From Candidatus Heimdallarchaeum endolithica (lineage in GTDB: Archaea > Asgardarchaeota > Heimdallarchaeia > Heimdallarchaeales > Heimdallarchaeaceae), in contig CP084167.1 in the NCBI GenBank assembly GCA_021513715.1, positions 736,001 through 800,000 of the forward strand: DNA of 64,000 nucleotides. The letters run 5' to 3'. Below are positions 21,551-31,325 of the stretch, piece after piece (position 1 is the stretch's first letter; every line of letters starts with the position of its first letter). Below the pieces are notes generated by a model, which had not been told where the DNA came from, did not search any database, and worked only from the letters and a program-made list of their open reading frames with translations. A program made the position numbers and the translations under genes.

Positions 21551-23362
21551 TTACACCTTCAACTCTATATCACCAAGTTTCTGAATTACAAGAAACGATA
21601 TCACTGTAAGAATTATCAATATACTTGCCATTGTAGCAGGTAACTGAATTGTTTGGGAGATGATTAGTTTGTAAATAGCAATAGATAATGTACCAAAATT
21701 TCCTCTGACTAAAAAGTTTGTTGCCCCAAATTCGCCTAAACTTATAGCAAAGGAGAATATTCCCCCAACAATTAAACTCTTAACAATTAATGGGAATTCA
21801 ATCTTTTTGAAAATAAACAACCTTGAAGCTCCTAATGTAGAAGCTACATTTAACATTTCAACATCTATTCTATTATATGCTGCAAGGATAGAGCGAGTAG
21901 CAAATGGAATGCTAATTAACACATGAGAAAGTATAATCAAAACCCAAACATAGTTAAGATATACTTCTGTTGTTCTATACTTCAAAAATAACCCTAAAGC
22001 TAAAGTAATGGAAGAAGTTGCCATAGGTAGAATAATCACGTAGGAAATGAAATTTTCAACAATTGAATGTTTATAATTTCTTATCTTATTATATTTTATT
22101 CTCAAAATAAGTACTATCAATAATGAAAAAAATAGAGTTATTACTGTTGCTGAAAAAGAAAAGAGGATAGTGTTAATAAGCATTCTAAATGGAGAATTTC
22201 CAAGAATTGCCATATACTCCGAAGAAAGAAGAGTGATGTACCCCCATAGAGGAGATATACCTTTAGTGAAAGGAATGAAAGATTCTATTATTACTGCTAT
22301 CATTGGAGAAAAACTGAAAAACATTACAAAAAGCGTAATCATACTAAGGAAAAGAAAACTTAGTTTTTCCATTAAAGGAGTATTTCTTAATTTGATAGGC
22401 TTTGGTTTAATTCCTTTTTCCTTTCCTCTTGCCATTTGTCTGGTTCTATTTTCAAAAAACAAATAGATTATAATTATCAGAGTATTAATTAATATCTGTA
22501 TAAGTGCAAGTGAAGAACCCTCTGTAAATTTCAGAGAATTTTTTATTAATTTATAGATTCTTACTTCAAGGGTTTGATACTTTACTTCTCCTAAATATAA
22601 TACTATTGCAAAACTGTTGAAACAGTAGATGAAAACAAGTAAAGCAGCTGAAACAATGAAATTAATAAGTTGTGGAAAAACTATTTTCCTAAATATTGTT
22701 AAATTCTTAACGCCTAAAGTTTTAGAAACTTCAACTTGTTCATAATCTAGGTTCATCCAAGCAGGAATCATTAGTCTAATTATTACAGACAAGTTATAGA
22801 AAACATGAGCTGCAATAATTCCTTCCACTGTTCCAAAGATATTAAATAATGATCTATCTGTTTGAAAAATTGCTTTCCAAATAATGTTTAACCACCCATT
22901 TTCTCCATAAGTTATTACAAAACCTAGAAGAACAACAATTGGAGGTAAAACAAAAGGAACAGTTAATAAGTTAAGAACTAGATCTTTCCCTCTAAATTTG
23001 TATTTAGCAAAAAAATAGCTCACTGGGATTCCAAAAGATAAGCATATAATTGTTGATATAAACGCTTGGTTAAAACTGAAAGCAAGAAATCTCATATTGC
23101 TTGATTGAGTAATAGTACTCCAAAAAACAGAAAAAACAGTTGCATCACTTGAATCTCCTTTTTGAAAAGCAAAAGAAAGGATTTTAATCAAGGGTAAATA
23201 AAAGAAGGAAAGAAGAAAAGAGAATAGTGCTATTAAAGCTATTATCATTACCAGTTTTTCTACATGTTTATCTATGCTTCTTTCCATTCTTCTTCTAAAA
23301 GATAGTAAAATAACCACCTTATCTATTTTTCTTCCTTGTGGAAAAGGACACCAATGAGACAA
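21551..23362 (-). CDS. thiP: Thiamine ABC permease (true start probably near 23287)
   Basis: Duplicated permease halves, PFVLPPIVV, AHVFYN, TLEVRIY, SLGEFGAT. Confidence 0.8.
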   Translation of the reverse strand: MSHWCPFPQGRKIDKVVILLSFRRRMERSIDKHVEKLVMIIALIALFSFLLSFFYLPLIKILSFAFQKGDSSDATVFSVFWSTITQSSNMRFLAFSFNQAFISTIICLSFGIPVSYFFAKYKFRGKDLVLNLLTVPFVLPPIVVLLGFVITYGENGWLNIIWKAIFQTDRSLFNIFGTVEGIIAAHVFYNLSVIIRLMIPAWMNLDYEQVEVSKTLGVKNLTIFRKIVFPQLINFIVSAALLVFIYCFNSFAIVLYLGEVKYQTLEVRIYKLIKNSLKFTEGSSLALIQILINTLIIIIYLFFENRTRQMARGKEKGIKPKPIKLRNTPLMEKLSFLFLSMITLFVMFFSFSPMIAVIIESFIPFTKGISPLWGYITLLSSEYMAILGNSPFRMLINTILFSFSATVITLFFSLLIVLILRIKYNKIRNYKHSIVENFISYVIILPMATSSITLALGLFLKYRTTEVYLNYVWVLIILSHVLISIPFATRSILAAYNRIDVEMLNVASTLGASRLFIFKKIEFPLIVKSLIVGGIFSFAISLGEFGATNFLVRGNFGTLSIAIYKLIISQTIQLPATMASILIILTVISFLVIQKLGDIELKV

Positions 23363-24566
23363 AAATCAAACTAAGAAGAATAAAACTTGAAGCAGAGTAT
23401 TCAGTTTTCTTGGTTCCTTCAATAATCACTGTTTCCCAATCAGTTTTCCACTTATCCAAGTTATCATGCATAACAGTAGGAGAAACTAAATCATTTAATA
23501 TATCTACATCATCAGGATTAATAGCTGCATTAAGGAAACAATCAGAAACATATGCATTGTCATTTGCAGGATACATCCATTGATTAAGAGGTATATGATC
23601 TTGTAAATCTGTACTTAAAAACCAATCAATAAACTTCTTAGCAGTTTGTTCATGGAGAGCATTATTTACCAAACCTATTCCTTCAATTTGTAACCATGCG
23701 TTATTCTTTCCTTGCTCATGAGTAACAATAGACTTGGAAGGTTGTTCTACTCCTGGACCTACACCCCATTGAGGATGGCAAACATCATAAGCAGGACTAG
23801 TGCCATAACTTATCATAATTGGCCTGTCTTCACTTTCAGAGTAATAAATGTCAAAAGCTGCCCCCCAGCTAGGAGAAATCCGAAGATCATCAGAAGTCTG
23901 TTTCCACCATTCTCTCCAATCTTGGCCTAATAAACCTGTTAGATTTATTTCAGGATCTCCATAAACAGCTATTGTCCATAGAAGAAAACCTAATCCAGGA
24001 GAACTTAGTGTTGGATCTTCAACTACAATCTTTTTATCTAAATCATTTTCAATTATCCCTTCCAACGTTAAATCTTCTAAAGCTGGAGTAGAACTAGTAT
24101 TTATTCTGCTTCTATCATACCATAAAGCAATAATTCCATAATCGTAAGGTAAAACATATTTTTCTGGGTCTAAATTTTGTACTAGTTCAGTAGAAACATT
24201 AACTAAAGAGGGTGAATCATAAGTTTGCAAAATTCCTTCGTCTTTTGCTGTATGTATTAGAACATTGTCTATTCCTATTAAAACATCTGCAACAGGATTT
24301 TCCTTTTCAAGAGATGCTTGAGTTACAATCGTGTTTGCATCCTCAAATAATACCAGCTTTATCTTATCTTTAGGAATGCCACTGTAATTTGCAAAAGCAC
24401 CAATATAATCAAAACCAGGGTCAGCAAGCAAGGATTCATAAGTGTAAATGACCAAATCATAATCTTCTGCATTAATTTTGTTATATCCATTGGCAGAATT
24501 ACAACTATTAAGTACTACAAAAACAAAGAGCATACTAACCATCAATTTCTTATTTTTTAGTTTCAT
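23319..24566 (-). CDS. thiB: Thiamine ABC substrate-binding protein (ThiB/TbpA) with C-terminal anchor
   Basis: VIYTYES, ADVLIGIDN, PYDYG, DPTLSSPGLGFLLWT, SYGTSPAY, WLQIEG, QWMYPA. Confidence 0.85.
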   Translation of the reverse strand: MKLKNKKLMVSMLFVFVVLNSCNSANGYNKINAEDYDLVIYTYESLLADPGFDYIGAFANYSGIPKDKIKLVLFEDANTIVTQASLEKENPVADVLIGIDNVLIHTAKDEGILQTYDSPSLVNVSTELVQNLDPEKYVLPYDYGIIALWYDRSRINTSSTPALEDLTLEGIIENDLDKKIVVEDPTLSSPGLGFLLWTIAVYGDPEINLTGLLGQDWREWWKQTSDDLRISPSWGAAFDIYYSESEDRPIMISYGTSPAYDVCHPQWGVGPGVEQPSKSIVTHEQGKNNAWLQIEGIGLVNNALHEQTAKKFIDWFLSTDLQDHIPLNQWMYPANDNAYVSDCFLNAAINPDDVDILNDLVSPTVMHDNLDKWKTDWETVIIEGTKKTEYSASSFILLSLIFVSLVSFSTRKKNR

Positions 24567-24682
24567 GATTTAAACTATCAAAGACTATTTAAAAAATATA
24601 TGCTCCCTCTATACCCCCCATATACCCTATTATTCGACAAAAAGCGGAAAAGTATAAATATTGATCAAAGAAAAAAAATAGT

Positions 24683-24973
24683 ATGTCAAAGTCATTAAAA
24701 CTTCCACCATATAAAAAAGAAGCAAGTTGCACACAATTTTGCTTAGTTAGACCAATAATGAACATTTTGTACGGAATAATCGCATTTTTTGTTTTATTCA
24801 TTTATGGGATAATAATAGGAATTACTTCTTTCATTAACTGTTTCACTGTTGTGTGCTCTAAAACAAGATGGGAAACTCATTACAATGTAGTTGCTAAATT
24901 AGCTTTTTGGATAGCTCACTTCAGTATGTATTTATCCAACGCAACAGATGATACACCACCCTTATGTCCATGA
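24683..24973 (+). CDS. Small membrane protein (DUF4389-like)
   Basis: Hydrophobic hairpin ending YLSNATDDTPP. Confidence 0.6.
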   Translation: MSKSLKLPPYKKEASCTQFCLVRPIMNILYGIIAFFVLFIYGIIIGITSFINCFTVVCSKTRWETHYNVVAKLAFWIAHFSMYLSNATDDTPPLCP

Positions 24974-25026
24974 GTTTCTTTTTTATTTTTTCTAAACATT
25001 TAAAACGCTTAGTCTTAGTGTAGTTT

Positions 25027-25719
25027 ATGCAAGAGTTAAAAAAAGAAGAAATTGAAAGCCCTTACCTTGATGATGAGATTCACCTTAAAAAGCTCTCTCC
25101 TCTTCATGTATATTGGGAGTTAATCAAAATTTCTGCATGGAAAAACTTTGCTCATCATCCAACTTGTAGTGTATACAAAAACCACTATTTTAACATTGGA
25201 GGACTAAAACTCTGTGTAGGTTGTACAAGTCTTTATTCAGCTTTATTCATTGAAATGATTCTTTATTTTATTTTTAGAGATATTGTATCAAATTATATTG
25301 TTTATATTACTATTGCTGGACTTATTGGTTTTAGTTCTGCAGTAATCCAGTATTATACTAAACCAGAAAATAAATGGATAAAAGCTATATTCAGATTTAT
25401 TTTAGGACTGGGAATAGGTAGTTATCTGGTAATAGTACTTATCACACCTAAATGGTGGTTAAAACTTATTTTAGCATCAATCCTTATTTTAAGTGGATCA
25501 TTGTATAGTATTATGAGAGGAAAAGCAAATATTCAATATTGTGATATTTGCCCTTTACACAACTCTGAACCGTATTGTGATCCTTTTGAAAATACAAGAA
25601 TTAAAGCAGAAAAAATAAATAAACTAGTTGATGAACAAATCAGATTAATTCAAGAAAAAAAAGCAGAGAAATGGAGAATGAAACATGAAAAAAAGAATGA
25701 AGAAGATAAGGAAGAATAA
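25027..25719 (+). CDS. Cys/His-rich membrane protein (DUF2085-like)
   Basis: FAHHPTC...LCVGC, four TM helices, CxxC...C. Confidence 0.6.
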   Translation: MQELKKEEIESPYLDDEIHLKKLSPLHVYWELIKISAWKNFAHHPTCSVYKNHYFNIGGLKLCVGCTSLYSALFIEMILYFIFRDIVSNYIVYITIAGLIGFSSAVIQYYTKPENKWIKAIFRFILGLGIGSYLVIVLITPKWWLKLILASILILSGSLYSIMRGKANIQYCDICPLHNSEPYCDPFENTRIKAEKINKLVDEQIRLIQEKKAEKWRMKHEKKNEEDKEE

Positions 25720-25740
25720 ATTTACTTATTTCACTATTTT

Positions 25741-26940
25741 CTAATCACTCATCCGATCTTTAACTGTTAACAATGCTAGAACAAAGAAAATTACTATCAT
25801 TCCTGTAAGGATAACAAAATCTAACCATAGTTCTTTAAATCCCCAACCTTTCAGCATTATTCCTTTTATAATATTCACCCCATAAGTTAGAGGAAACACG
25901 TATGATAGTGGTTCAAGCCAATCAGGAAGACTATAAATAGGTATAAGCATCCCACTTACTGCCATTCCAGGAATGATTATAACTGGTGTAAATTGAATTG
26001 CTTGGAACTCATTTTCTGCATAGTTAGAAAGGAATAGAGATAAAAAGATATGAACCATTCCAAATAAAATAAAACTAGTAAATAGGAGTAAGATACTCCC
26101 TCTTACTTCAATACCAAAAACAAATATTCCAAAAATCATTATTGCAAAAATCATCAACAAACCAATTATAGTTAATCCAAAAACATACCCTAGCATTCTC
26201 TCTGTTGCAGTTAAAGGTGTAGAGTATAATCTCGATTCTGTACCACTTATTTTTTCTCTGATCAATGTAACTAAAGAGATAAGAAGAAGCAGGAAAGATA
26301 GCACATAAGCCATTGAAGCTGACATCCCAACCTCTAAACCAGTATATTCTGACCCGCCATGGGCTATAATTTGGTTAATTTGTATTCCTTGGCTCCCCCT
26401 AATTTCTGCTAAAGCATCATAAATAGAGTTTAGAACACTTGCTCTTACATTTGGTTCAGTTGCATCTATATACACTTTTATCTCAATAACAGTACTGTAA
26501 CCCATTGACAATCTGTACATACTTTCTGAGAAATTTGAAGGAATTAATATTGCAGCTATATATTTTCCTTCTTCCACTTTTTGAATATTCTCTTCATATG
26601 AACCTAAACTAACATCTACTCTTGTATCATTTATTAGAAAATCAGTAATATTTGTTCCAATGTCTAGTGAAATAGGACCAATATCAAAACCTTCATCTTG
26701 ATTATCTAAAATTATTGGAACATCTTTAACTTCTCCACTAAAAGCTAAACCAAAAACAACCATTATAATAGAGGGTACAACAATAAGAAGACCTAAAGTC
26801 CTAGGATCTCTCTTAAATGAATTGAGAATCCTAATTGTTACAGCTATAACTCTTTTCCAAGAAAAAGTCTTTATTTCTTGGTTTTTCTTTGCTTTCTTTT
26901 GTTCTTTGTTTATATTTTTATTTGTAACTTTGTCCTTCAT
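25741..26940 (-). CDS. ABC-2 exporter permease
   Basis: RDPRTL, REKISGTESRLYSTP, SGMLIP, FPLTY. Confidence 0.85.
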   Translation of the reverse strand: MKDKVTNKNINKEQKKAKKNQEIKTFSWKRVIAVTIRILNSFKRDPRTLGLLIVVPSIIMVVFGLAFSGEVKDVPIILDNQDEGFDIGPISLDIGTNITDFLINDTRVDVSLGSYEENIQKVEEGKYIAAILIPSNFSESMYRLSMGYSTVIEIKVYIDATEPNVRASVLNSIYDALAEIRGSQGIQINQIIAHGGSEYTGLEVGMSASMAYVLSFLLLLISLVTLIREKISGTESRLYSTPLTATERMLGYVFGLTIIGLLMIFAIMIFGIFVFGIEVRGSILLLFTSFILFGMVHIFLSLFLSNYAENEFQAIQFTPVIIIPGMAVSGMLIPIYSLPDWLEPLSYVFPLTYGVNIIKGIMLKGWGFKELWLDFVILTGMIVIFFVLALLTVKDRMSD

Positions 26941-27683
26941 TTACTTTCCTCCACATCACTTAATTTTATGAATATCTCCTCTATTGTACTTGTATGATAC
27001 TTATCTTTCAGTTCGGAAGGAATACCTTCCTCAATTAACTTTCCTTTTCTCATTAACCCTATTCTGTCAGCCCTCTCTGCTTCATCCATAACATGTGAGG
27101 TTAGAATTATTGTCTTTTCTAGTTCTTTAACCAATGACCTAAAATAATTCCAGAAGAACTTCCGTTGAACTGGATCTATACCTACAGTAGCCTCATCAAA
27201 AAACAATATAATAGGATCATGAATAAGAGCACAAGCAATACTTACTCTTCGCTTCATCCCTCCAGACAAATTTTTAACAACTGTCTTTCTTTTTTCATGT
27301 AAAGAGAGTATAGTTAGTAAATGATCTAATCTTTCTTTAAAGTAAGACTTAGACTGCCCATAAAGAAGTGAAAAGAAACGAACATTTTCTTCTAATGTGA
27401 GTTCATTATAAAGAGAATATTCTTGGGGAGCAATACCTATAAAATTGGCTGTTTTTTTTCTATCTTTTGGAACAATATAATCAAGAAGTCTAACTTTTCC
27501 TGAAGTAGGATAAAGAGCTCCAGTTAGAACATTAATCGTAGTAGTTTTTCCAGAACCGTTTGCACCTATTAATGCGTAAATCTCACCTCTTTTAATTCGT
27601 AAATTGAGGTTATCTATAGCCTTTATATTCCCCGTTTTGTAGATTTTTACAAGATCTTCAACTTCTATAATATAATTACTCAT
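26937..27683 (-). CDS. ABC-2 exporter ATPase
   Basis: GANGSGKTT, LSGGMKRR, FFDEATVGID, TSH. Confidence 0.9.
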   Translation of the reverse strand: MSNYIIEVEDLVKIYKTGNIKAIDNLNLRIKRGEIYALIGANGSGKTTTINVLTGALYPTSGKVRLLDYIVPKDRKKTANFIGIAPQEYSLYNELTLEENVRFFSLLYGQSKSYFKERLDHLLTILSLHEKRKTVVKNLSGGMKRRVSIACALIHDPIILFFDEATVGIDPVQRKFFWNYFRSLVKELEKTIILTSHVMDEAERADRIGLMRKGKLIEEGIPSELKDKYHTSTIEEIFIKLSDVEESK

Positions 27684-27843
27684 GTTGAGTTTTTTTTTAG
27701 AAAATAGATATATAAAATTATTTTAGAAAATTGAAATTTTAGTATCAAATTTGAAAACCAAAAAAATAAACTTTTTCTATCACTCTGAAACAACAAATAA
27801 ACAAATCAATAAAATGATGTAAATTATAAAAAAATGGTAGGAG

Positions 27844-28323
27844 CTATCTTTTCTTAACGTAAATGCCATTAGGAAAAACAGAATAAAAAGCTTCTTTGTA
27901 TTTTTTAGATCTAAAAAAACCCATAATCCTTCCACTACTATGATAAAAATGAGCATAGAATCTAGAAACTTTACGCCTTAATAAAAGGTGAAAAGTCAAA
28001 AATCCTATAGAAGGAGCGAGTATAATTAAACCTAGTAGTTCAGGACCATCACTAAAGAATCCAAAAGTCCAAAGGAAACTTAAAAGTGATAATAACGATA
28101 GTATAGCTACAGAAAAAATAAATCTCAGTTTACCAATATTGTAACAATTTTTACAAATATAGGTTGTAACATTGAGTTTTGCAGATTGAGTTTTAGTGTA
28201 TCCTTGATATTGTGTTTGGCTTAATAGCTGATTCCAAACATATTGTTGTTTAACTAATTGACTTTTATTCTCATTACCGCATCTTACACACATAACTGGC
28301 CAAGACATAAGAAAAATATTCAC
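27844..28323 (-). CDS. Hypothetical membrane protein with two CxxC motifs
   Basis: CVRCG...CKNC plus two TM helices. Confidence 0.6.
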   Translation of the reverse strand: MNIFLMSWPVMCVRCGNENKSQLVKQQYVWNQLLSQTQYQGYTKTQSAKLNVTTYICKNCYNIGKLRFIFSVAILSLLSLLSFLWTFGFFSDGPELLGLIILAPSIGFLTFHLLLRRKVSRFYAHFYHSSGRIMGFFRSKKYKEAFYSVFPNGIYVKKR

Positions 28324-28431
28324 ATAATTATAAAAAGATTGTTAAATATTTATCAATTCAAGAAAAATCAAAAAAAAACACATTTTTTAATGTAAATGTT
28401 TAAATTCCAGAAATTCATATTATCTTAAATT

Positions 28432-28904
28432 ATGAAAGACTTACAAGGTGAAATTAGAAAAATATTGAAAAAAATAACTGGTTAGTTATATCAACTATAA
28501 GTAAAAATAACCTTCCTCAGAGTTCTGTTGTAATGTACAATAGTGATGGTAAAGAAATATACTTTGTCACTGGAAAGAATACTCTGAAAACTAAAAACAT
28601 TCAATTTAATGATAATGTTTCTATAACGATTCCATTCTACAGAAATTTATTTCACAAACTGATTCCTGCTCCTCCGGCAGAAATTCACTTTAAAGCTAAA
28701 GCTCAAATTGTATCTAAACAAGATGAAAAAGCAAGAGAAGTATTGAAAGAAATAATAGAATTTGAAGAAAAAACTGGAACTACAGAAGAATCGATTTGGA
28801 TAAAAGTGACTACAGGACGAAAAATCGCTACTTACGGTGTAGGAGTCAAACTTCTTGATATGAGAAAACCAGAAAAAGCAAGGAATATTGTTGAAATAAA
28901 CTAG
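28432..28904 (+). pseudogene. Pyridoxamine 5'-phosphate oxidase-like FMN-binding protein, frameshifted at A7
   Basis: ATG 28432 MKDLQGEIRKILKK; one extra A in A7 (28468-28474) gives NNWLVISTISKNNLPQSSVVMY, continuing into ORF 28533..28904 (YFVT...K..NI..N.NVS). Confidence 0.75.
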
Positions 28905-28961
28905 TCTTAATGTACGGATAATATTTACTCTTATAAATAACAGCAATAAAGTTGTACTGCC

Positions 28962-29690
28962 TTGCGGATTTCTAAGAATTTATTAAAATTAAAAGAATAT
29001 TCTATTCCTTACTTTATTGAGCTTAGAGATGTAAAATACGCAAGAATAGAAATTTTACCTACTAAAAAAATAAGATTGATTTTTCCAAAAAATTATGAAA
29101 ATATTGACCACAAGAAGATTTTAAATGAACATAAAGAGTGGTTAAAAAAAAGAATTCAAAAAATTGATGACTCACTAAAAAAAATAGGTTTTAGTTGGAA
29201 TAAGATAGGAGAACATGAAATCGTTTTTGGCAAAAGATATCAGCTAAAAATATCCCATAGCTATTATGATTCTGTATTCTTTGAAGGTTCAATCATTTCA
29301 GTATCAGTCAGAGATACTAACAACGCTATAAACTACTTAAGATCAATAATTTATGCAGAATTTTCAAAAAAAGTTGAAACATTCACTAATTTCTTCGCCA
29401 AAGAAATGAACGTAGAAGTAAAAAAAATCTCAATAAAAAAGCAAAAAAGAATTTGGGGTAGCTGTTCTACTAAAGGAAATATTAACATCAACTTTCGAGC
29501 AGCTATTCTAAATGATGAATTATTGATGTTTCTAATTGCACACGAAGTGGCTCATCTTCAATATCCAAATCACGGTTCAGAATTTAAACAACTTCTTTCT
29601 TCTTTTTTTGAAGATATAAAGGAAAAAAATGAGTTATTGGAAGCTTTTTGGTTCATCTCTCATAGTTCCAAAATATTCTCTTTTCAATAA
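28962..29690 (+). CDS. YgjP/DUF45-like zinc metalloprotein (M48-like)
   Basis: QKRIWGSCS..GNININ, AHEVAHL..NHG..F. Confidence 0.85.
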   Translation: MRISKNLLKLKEYSIPYFIELRDVKYARIEILPTKKIRLIFPKNYENIDHKKILNEHKEWLKKRIQKIDDSLKKIGFSWNKIGEHEIVFGKRYQLKISHSYYDSVFFEGSIISVSVRDTNNAINYLRSIIYAEFSKKVETFTNFFAKEMNVEVKKISIKKQKRIWGSCSTKGNININFRAAILNDELLMFLIAHEVAHLQYPNHGSEFKQLLSSFFEDIKEKNELLEAFWFISHSSKIFSFQ

Positions 29691-29777
29691 GTAACTTCTA
29701 CTCTTCATCATTTTAAACGTTAAACCGACAAGTTTAAATAGTTTATAGGGGGCATATATTTACCCGATATAAAGTGA

Positions 29778-31049
29778 GTGAAAATGAGTCCAATTGAGAT
29801 AAAGATTGATGAAGAGAAAAAGAAATTAGTGAAAGAGCTAATAAAAAAATTGCACCAAGGAGAAAATCTACAAGAAGTGAGAAACCAGTTTAAAGAAGTA
29901 TTAAGAGATATGAATGCTTTAGAGATCACACAAGTAGAACAGGAATTAATTAAAGAGGGGATGGACCCAAGAGAGATCTTTTCTATGTGTGACATACATT
30001 TAGAAGTGTTCAAAGAAAACTTAAGTACAAATTTGGATTTAGCTCCACCAGGACATCCAATTCATACGTTAATGCATGAGCATGTAAAACTAGTCGAATT
30101 TGGAGAAAAGTTATTCCAAACTACCAGAGATTTAAGAAAAGTGAAAGATTTCCCTTTTGCAGGAAACATTTTAGGAGCTATTCAAGATATTGTTAACCAT
30201 TTTAAAGAAGCGGAAAAGCATTACTTGAGAGAAGAGAATATTCTTTTTCCATATTTAGAAAAACATGGAGTTACTCAACCACCCAAAATTATGTGGATGG
30301 ATCATGATCGTATTAGAGAGTTAAAAAAGGAAATTTTTGAATTAGTAGAAGGGAGAAAAGTATCAAACTATTCTGAGTTTGTTGAAAGACTAGAAAAAGC
30401 TAGTTTAGCTTTAGCTGAATACCAAAGTGGTCACTTTGAGAAAGAAAATAAAATTCTATTTCCTACTGCTATGCAAGTTATTTCTGAAGATGAATGGAAG
30501 GATATAACCAAAGAATTCAACGATATTGGTTATTGTTGTTTCTCCCCTGCTGAAGCTGTTGAAACTGCTGAGACAGTTGAAACTGCTGAAACTGTAGAAA
30601 CAGTAAAAAGTGAATCTCAAGAAGCTACACTTGATTCTGGAATTGTAGAATTTGAAACAGGAAGAATAGATGTTAAAACTTTGGAAGCAGTTTTAGATAC
30701 ACTTCCTTTTGATATCACTTTTGTTGATAAAAATGACAGAGTTTCTTATTATAGTAACTCAAGTGAAAGATTGTTTGTCAGAACTAAAGCGATTATTGGA
30801 AGAACTGTACAAAATTGTCATCCAAATAAGAGCATTCATGTAGTAAATAAAATCATTAATGATTTTAGAGAAGGTAAGAAAGACAAAGCAGAATTTTGGT
30901 TCAGATTAGGAGATAAATACATTTATATTCGTTACTATGCCGTTAGAAGCAGAGAAGGAGAGTATTTAGGAACTTTAGAAGTCAGTCAAGATATAGCTCA
31001 AATAAAACAAATCGAAGGTGATAAGAAACTTTTAGATTGGGAAGAGTAA
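29778..31049 (+). CDS. DUF438 + hemerythrin-like + PAS domain protein
   Basis: CDIHL.VF, GHPIHTLMHEH, HYLREENILFP, MWMDHD, KENKILFP, DITFVD, NCHP. Confidence 0.9.
   Translation: MKMSPIEIKIDEEKKKLVKELIKKLHQGENLQEVRNQFKEVLRDMNALEITQVEQELIKEGMDPREIFSMCDIHLEVFKENLSTNLDLAPPGHPIHTLMHEHVKLVEFGEKLFQTTRDLRKVKDFPFAGNILGAIQDIVNHFKEAEKHYLREENILFPYLEKHGVTQPPKIMWMDHDRIRELKKEIFELVEGRKVSNYSEFVERLEKASLALAEYQSGHFEKENKILFPTAMQVISEDEWKDITKEFNDIGYCCFSPAEAVETAETVETAETVETVKSESQEATLDSGIVEFETGRIDVKTLEAVLDTLPFDITFVDKNDRVSYYSNSSERLFVRTKAIIGRTVQNCHPNKSIHVVNKIINDFREGKKDKAEFWFRLGDKYIYIRYYAVRSREGEYLGTLEVSQDIAQIKQIEGDKKLLDWEE
30549..30605 (+). repeat. Short in-frame 18-bp repeat encoding (AETVET)x3-like linker
   Basis: gctgaagctgttgaaact/gctgagacagttgaaact/gctgaaactgtagaaaca. 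Confidence 0.7.
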
Positions 31050-31065
31050 AAAGGAGGAAAGAATC

Positions 31066-31296
31066 ATGGTTAAATATAAAATAACTATTAATCGAGAAGA
31101 ATGTATAGCTTGTGGATTATGCTATTCAGAAGACCCAAAACATTTTGAATCTGATGACTCAGATATTTCAAAGGTTGTTGGAGGAGAAACAACAGAAGAC
31201 TTGTCTGAAGGAGAATTTGATGACGAAGAAATAGAAAATGTCAGAGAAATAGCTTCTGAATGTCCTGCAGAGATTATTCATGTAACTGAAGAGTAA
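31066..31296 (+). CDS. Monocluster ferredoxin
   Basis: CIACGLC...ECPA; SD AGGAGG upstream. Confidence 0.9.
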   Translation: MVKYKITINREECIACGLCYSEDPKHFESDDSDISKVVGGETTEDLSEGEFDDEEIENVREIASECPAEIIHVTEE

Positions 31297-31325
31297 ATCT
31301 CTTCAGCTTCTTTAGGTGAATAAAG

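Noticed and set aside
24567-24682. TPP riboswitch upstream of the thiamine ABC operon
   Set aside because: No CTGAGA or CCTGA-type core motifs on the minus strand; ThiR control is more plausible.
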